From assembly GCF_009914755.1 (NCBI RefSeq), contig NC_060925.1: a stretch of 64,000 nt of DNA. One strand, given 5' to 3'. Positions 61,201-64,000 of this stretch are shown here, in pieces. A model generated the notes under the pieces. It did not search any database and was not told the origin of the DNA. It saw nothing but the letters and a program-made list of their open reading frames with translations. The DNA comes from the human T2T-CHM13v2.0 reference genome, Homo sapiens. A program made the position numbers and the translations under genes. The stretch's first letter is position 1, and each line of letters starts with the position of its first letter.

Positions 61201-64000
61201 GAATTATGGAATGAAATCCAGTGTGATCATCATCGAATGGACCCGAATGGAATCATCATCCAACGGAAGCTAATGGAATCAACATCGAATGAATCAAATG
61301 GAAACACCATCGAATTGAAACGAATGGATTTACCATGAAATTGAAATGGATGGACTCATCATCAAATGGATTCGAGTGGAATCATCGAATAAAATTGATT
61401 GAAATCATCATCGAATGTTATCGAATGGTATCATTGAATGGAATCGAATGGAATCATCATCAGATGGAAATGAAAGGAATCGTCATAGAATGGAATCGAA
61501 TGGATTCATTGAATGGAATCAGATGGAATCTTCGAATGGACTGGAATGGAATCATTGAATGGACTCGAAAGGGATCATTATTGAATGGAATTGAATGTAA
61601 TCATCGAATGGTCTCGATTGGAATCATTATCAAATGGAATCGAATGGAATCACCGAATAGAATCGAATGGAACAATCATCAAATGGACTCAAATGGAATT
61701 ATCCTCAAATGGAATTGAATGGAATTATCGAATGCAATCGAATGGAATTATCGAATGCAATCGAATAGAATCATCGAATGGACTCGAATGGAATCATCGA
61801 ATGGAATGGAATGGAACAGTCAATGAACTCGAATGGAATCATCATTGAATGGAATCGAATGGAATCATCGAGTGGAATCGAATGTAATCATCATCAAATG
61901 GAATCAAAAATAACCATCATCAAATGGAATCAAAAATAACCATCATCAATTGGTGTTGAATGGAATTCTCATCAAATGGAATTCAAAGAAATCATCATCA
62001 AATGGAACCGAATGGAATCCTCATTGAATGGAAATGAAAGGGGTCATCATCTAATGGAATCGCATGGAATCATCATAAAATGGAATCGAATGGAATCAAC
62101 ATCAAATGGAATCAAATGGAATCATTGAACGGAATTGAATGGAATCGTCATCGAAAGAATTGAATGCAATCATCGAATGGTCTCGAATGGAATCATCTTC
62201 AAATGGAATGGAATGGAATCATCGCATAGAATCGAAAGGAATTATCATCGAATGGAATCGAATGGAATCAACACCAAACGGAAAAAAACGGAATTATCGA
62301 ATGGAATCGAAGAGAATCATCGAATGGACCCGAATGGAATCATCTAATGGAATGGAATGGAATAATCCATGGACTCGAATGCAATCATCATCGAATGCAA
62401 TCGAATGGAATCATCGAATGGACTCGAATGGAATAATCATTGAACGGAATCGAATGGAATCATCATCGGATGGAAACGAATGGAATCATCATCGAATGGA
62501 ATCGAATAGAATTATGGATTGAAATCCAGTGTGATCATCATCGAATGGACCCGAATGGAATCATCATCCAACGGAAGCTAATGGAATCAACATCGAATGA
62601 ATCGAAAGGAAACACCATCGAATTGAAACGAATGGAATTACCATGAAATTGAAATGGATGGACTCATCATCAAATGGATTCGTATGGAATCATCGAATAA
62701 AATTGATTGAAATCATCATCGAATGGAATCGAATGGTATCATTGAATGGAATCGAATGGAATCATCATCAGATGGAAATGAATGGAATCGTCATAGAATG
62801 GGATCGAATGGATTCATTGAATGGAATCAGATGGAATCATTGAATGGACTGGAATGGAATCATTGAATGGACTCGAAAGGGATCATTATTGAATGGAATT
62901 GAATGGAATCATCGAATGGTCTCGATAGGAATCATTATCAAATGGAATCGAATGGAATCACCGAATAGAATCGAATGGAACAATCATCGAATGGACTCAA
63001 ATGGAATTATCCTCTAATGGAATCGAATGGAATTATCGAATGTAATCGAATGGAATTCTCGAATGCAATCGAATAGAATCATCGAATGGACTCGAATGGA
63101 ATCATCGAATGGAATGGAATGGAACAGTCAATGAACTCGAATGGAATCATCATTGAATGGAATCGAATGGAATCATCGAGTGGAATCGAAAGGAATTATG
63201 ACCAAATGGAATCGAATGTAATCATCATCAAATGGAATCAAAAATAACCATCATCAATTGGTATTGAATGGAATTGTCATCAAATGGAATTCAAAGGAAT
63301 CATCATCAAATGGAACCGAATGGAATCCTCATTGAATGGAAATGAAAGGGGTCATCATCTAATGGAATCGCATGGAATCATCATCAAATGGAATCGAATG
63401 GAATCATCATCAAATGGAATCTAATGGAAACATTGAAAAGAATTGAATGGAATCGTCATCGAATGAATTGAATGCAATCATCGAATGGTCTCGAATGGAA
63501 TCATCTTCTAATGAAAAGGAATGGAATCATCGCATAGAATCGAATGGAATTATCATCGAATGGAATCGAATGGTATCAACACCAAACGGAAAAAAACGGA
63601 ATTATCGAATGGAATCGAAGAGAATCTTCGAACGGACCCGAATGGAATCATCTAATGGAATGGAATGGAATAATCCATGGACTCGAATGCAATCATCATC
63701 GAATGGAATCGAATGGAATCATCGAATGGACTCGAATGGAATAATCATTGAACGGAATCGAATGGAATCATCATCGGATGGAAACGAATGGAATCATCAT
63801 CGAATGGAAATGAAAGGAGTCATCATCTAATGGAATTGCATGGAATCATCATCAAATGGAATCGAATGGAATCAACATCAAATGGAATCAAATGGAATCA
63901 TTGAACGGAATTGAATGGAATCGTCATCGAATGAATTGAATGCAATCATCGAATGGTCTCGAATGGAATCATCTTCAAATGGAATGGAATGGAATCATCG
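58278..64000 (+). repeat. Higher-order unit L, copy 5 (truncated by window end)
   Basis: L-specific marker ORFs at 60363, 62139 and 63447 lie exactly 7680 bp after those of copy 4. Confidence 0.92.

Larger units (their letters stand above)
1..64000 (+). repeat. Human satellite II (HSat2/HSATII) pericentromeric tandem array, GAATG strand; probably the 1.77-kb (chr1q12/D1Z1-type, HSat2A) family
   Basis: Seen: continuous degenerate GGAAT/CGAAT pentamers with CATCATCGAATGGAATCGAATGGAAT (26 bp) and CATCGAATGGACTCGAATGGAAT (23 bp) units and very frequent TCGA, all in one orientation. Known: CATCATCGAATGG-type 23/26-mers distinguish HSat2 from the purer (GGAAT)n HSat3. Inferred: family from the 468+1308=1776 bp sub-period and recurring EcoRI sites (GGAATTCAAA at 1927, 3702, 5010, 6785). 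The class call is secure; the chromosome assignment is less so. Confidence 0.97.

Noticed and set aside
181-63830. Many short + strand ORFs (66-170 aa) rich in MES/NGI/EWN/HHR
   Set aside because: These are three-frame translations of GAATG/CATC repeats, which are ATG-rich and stop-poor. They overlap in multiple frames, have no domain-like sequence and are freely broken by variants (33833, 51257, 61195). Used only as positional markers.
1-64000. CRISPR-like array of 23-26 bp repeats
   Set aside because: No unique spacers, leader or cas genes; the sequence between repeats is the same satellite.
1-64000. HSat3, alpha satellite or telomeric repeat
   Set aside because: Perfect GAATG runs are only about 3-4 copies long and CATCATCGAATGG dominates, which indicates HSat2. 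No 171-bp monomers, CENP-B boxes or TTAGGG seen.
1-64000. Inversion, strand switch or transposon/unique insertion
   Set aside because: No CATTC-oriented tract or non-satellite segment seen. Unit lengths sum exactly from module lengths, leaving no room for an insert.

Overview
The whole window is one uninterrupted array of human-type classical satellite II (HSat2/HSATII), read on the purine-rich (GAATG)n strand. It consists of degenerate GGAAT/CGAAT pentamers punctuated by CATCAT/ATC, giving the typical 23- and 26-bp sub-units. I see no genes, RNA genes, transposon insertions, inversions or unique sequence, and every ORF in the track is a translation of satellite DNA. The interest lies in the nested architecture, worked out from landmark spacings. 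(1) Modules are defined by the landmark ATGGAATCGTCATCGAATGAATTG: B (1308 bp), A (468 bp), C (894 bp) and D (615 bp). A+B = 1776 bp, matching the classic ~1.77-kb HSat2 repeat of chromosome 1q12 (an inference, not a mapping result). (2) Two higher-order units are built from these: L = 7680 bp (C-B-A-B-B-A-B-D) and S = 4592 bp (C-B-A-B-D). (3) The units run L S S' S S L S L S L L(partial), with one 4597-bp hybrid S' and a recurring 12,272-bp L+S period. Copies are nearly identical; by eye I found about 20 private substitutions in 64 kb, which is not an exhaustive count. Diagnostic variants record microhomology-type deletions, a 147-bp duplication, a length-neutral 26-bp deletion/duplication and probable gene conversion between modules. 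I found no evidence of a new protein-coding system. What may be undescribed is this particular 7.68/4.59/12.27-kb organisation, and that needs checking against published T2T satellite annotations.
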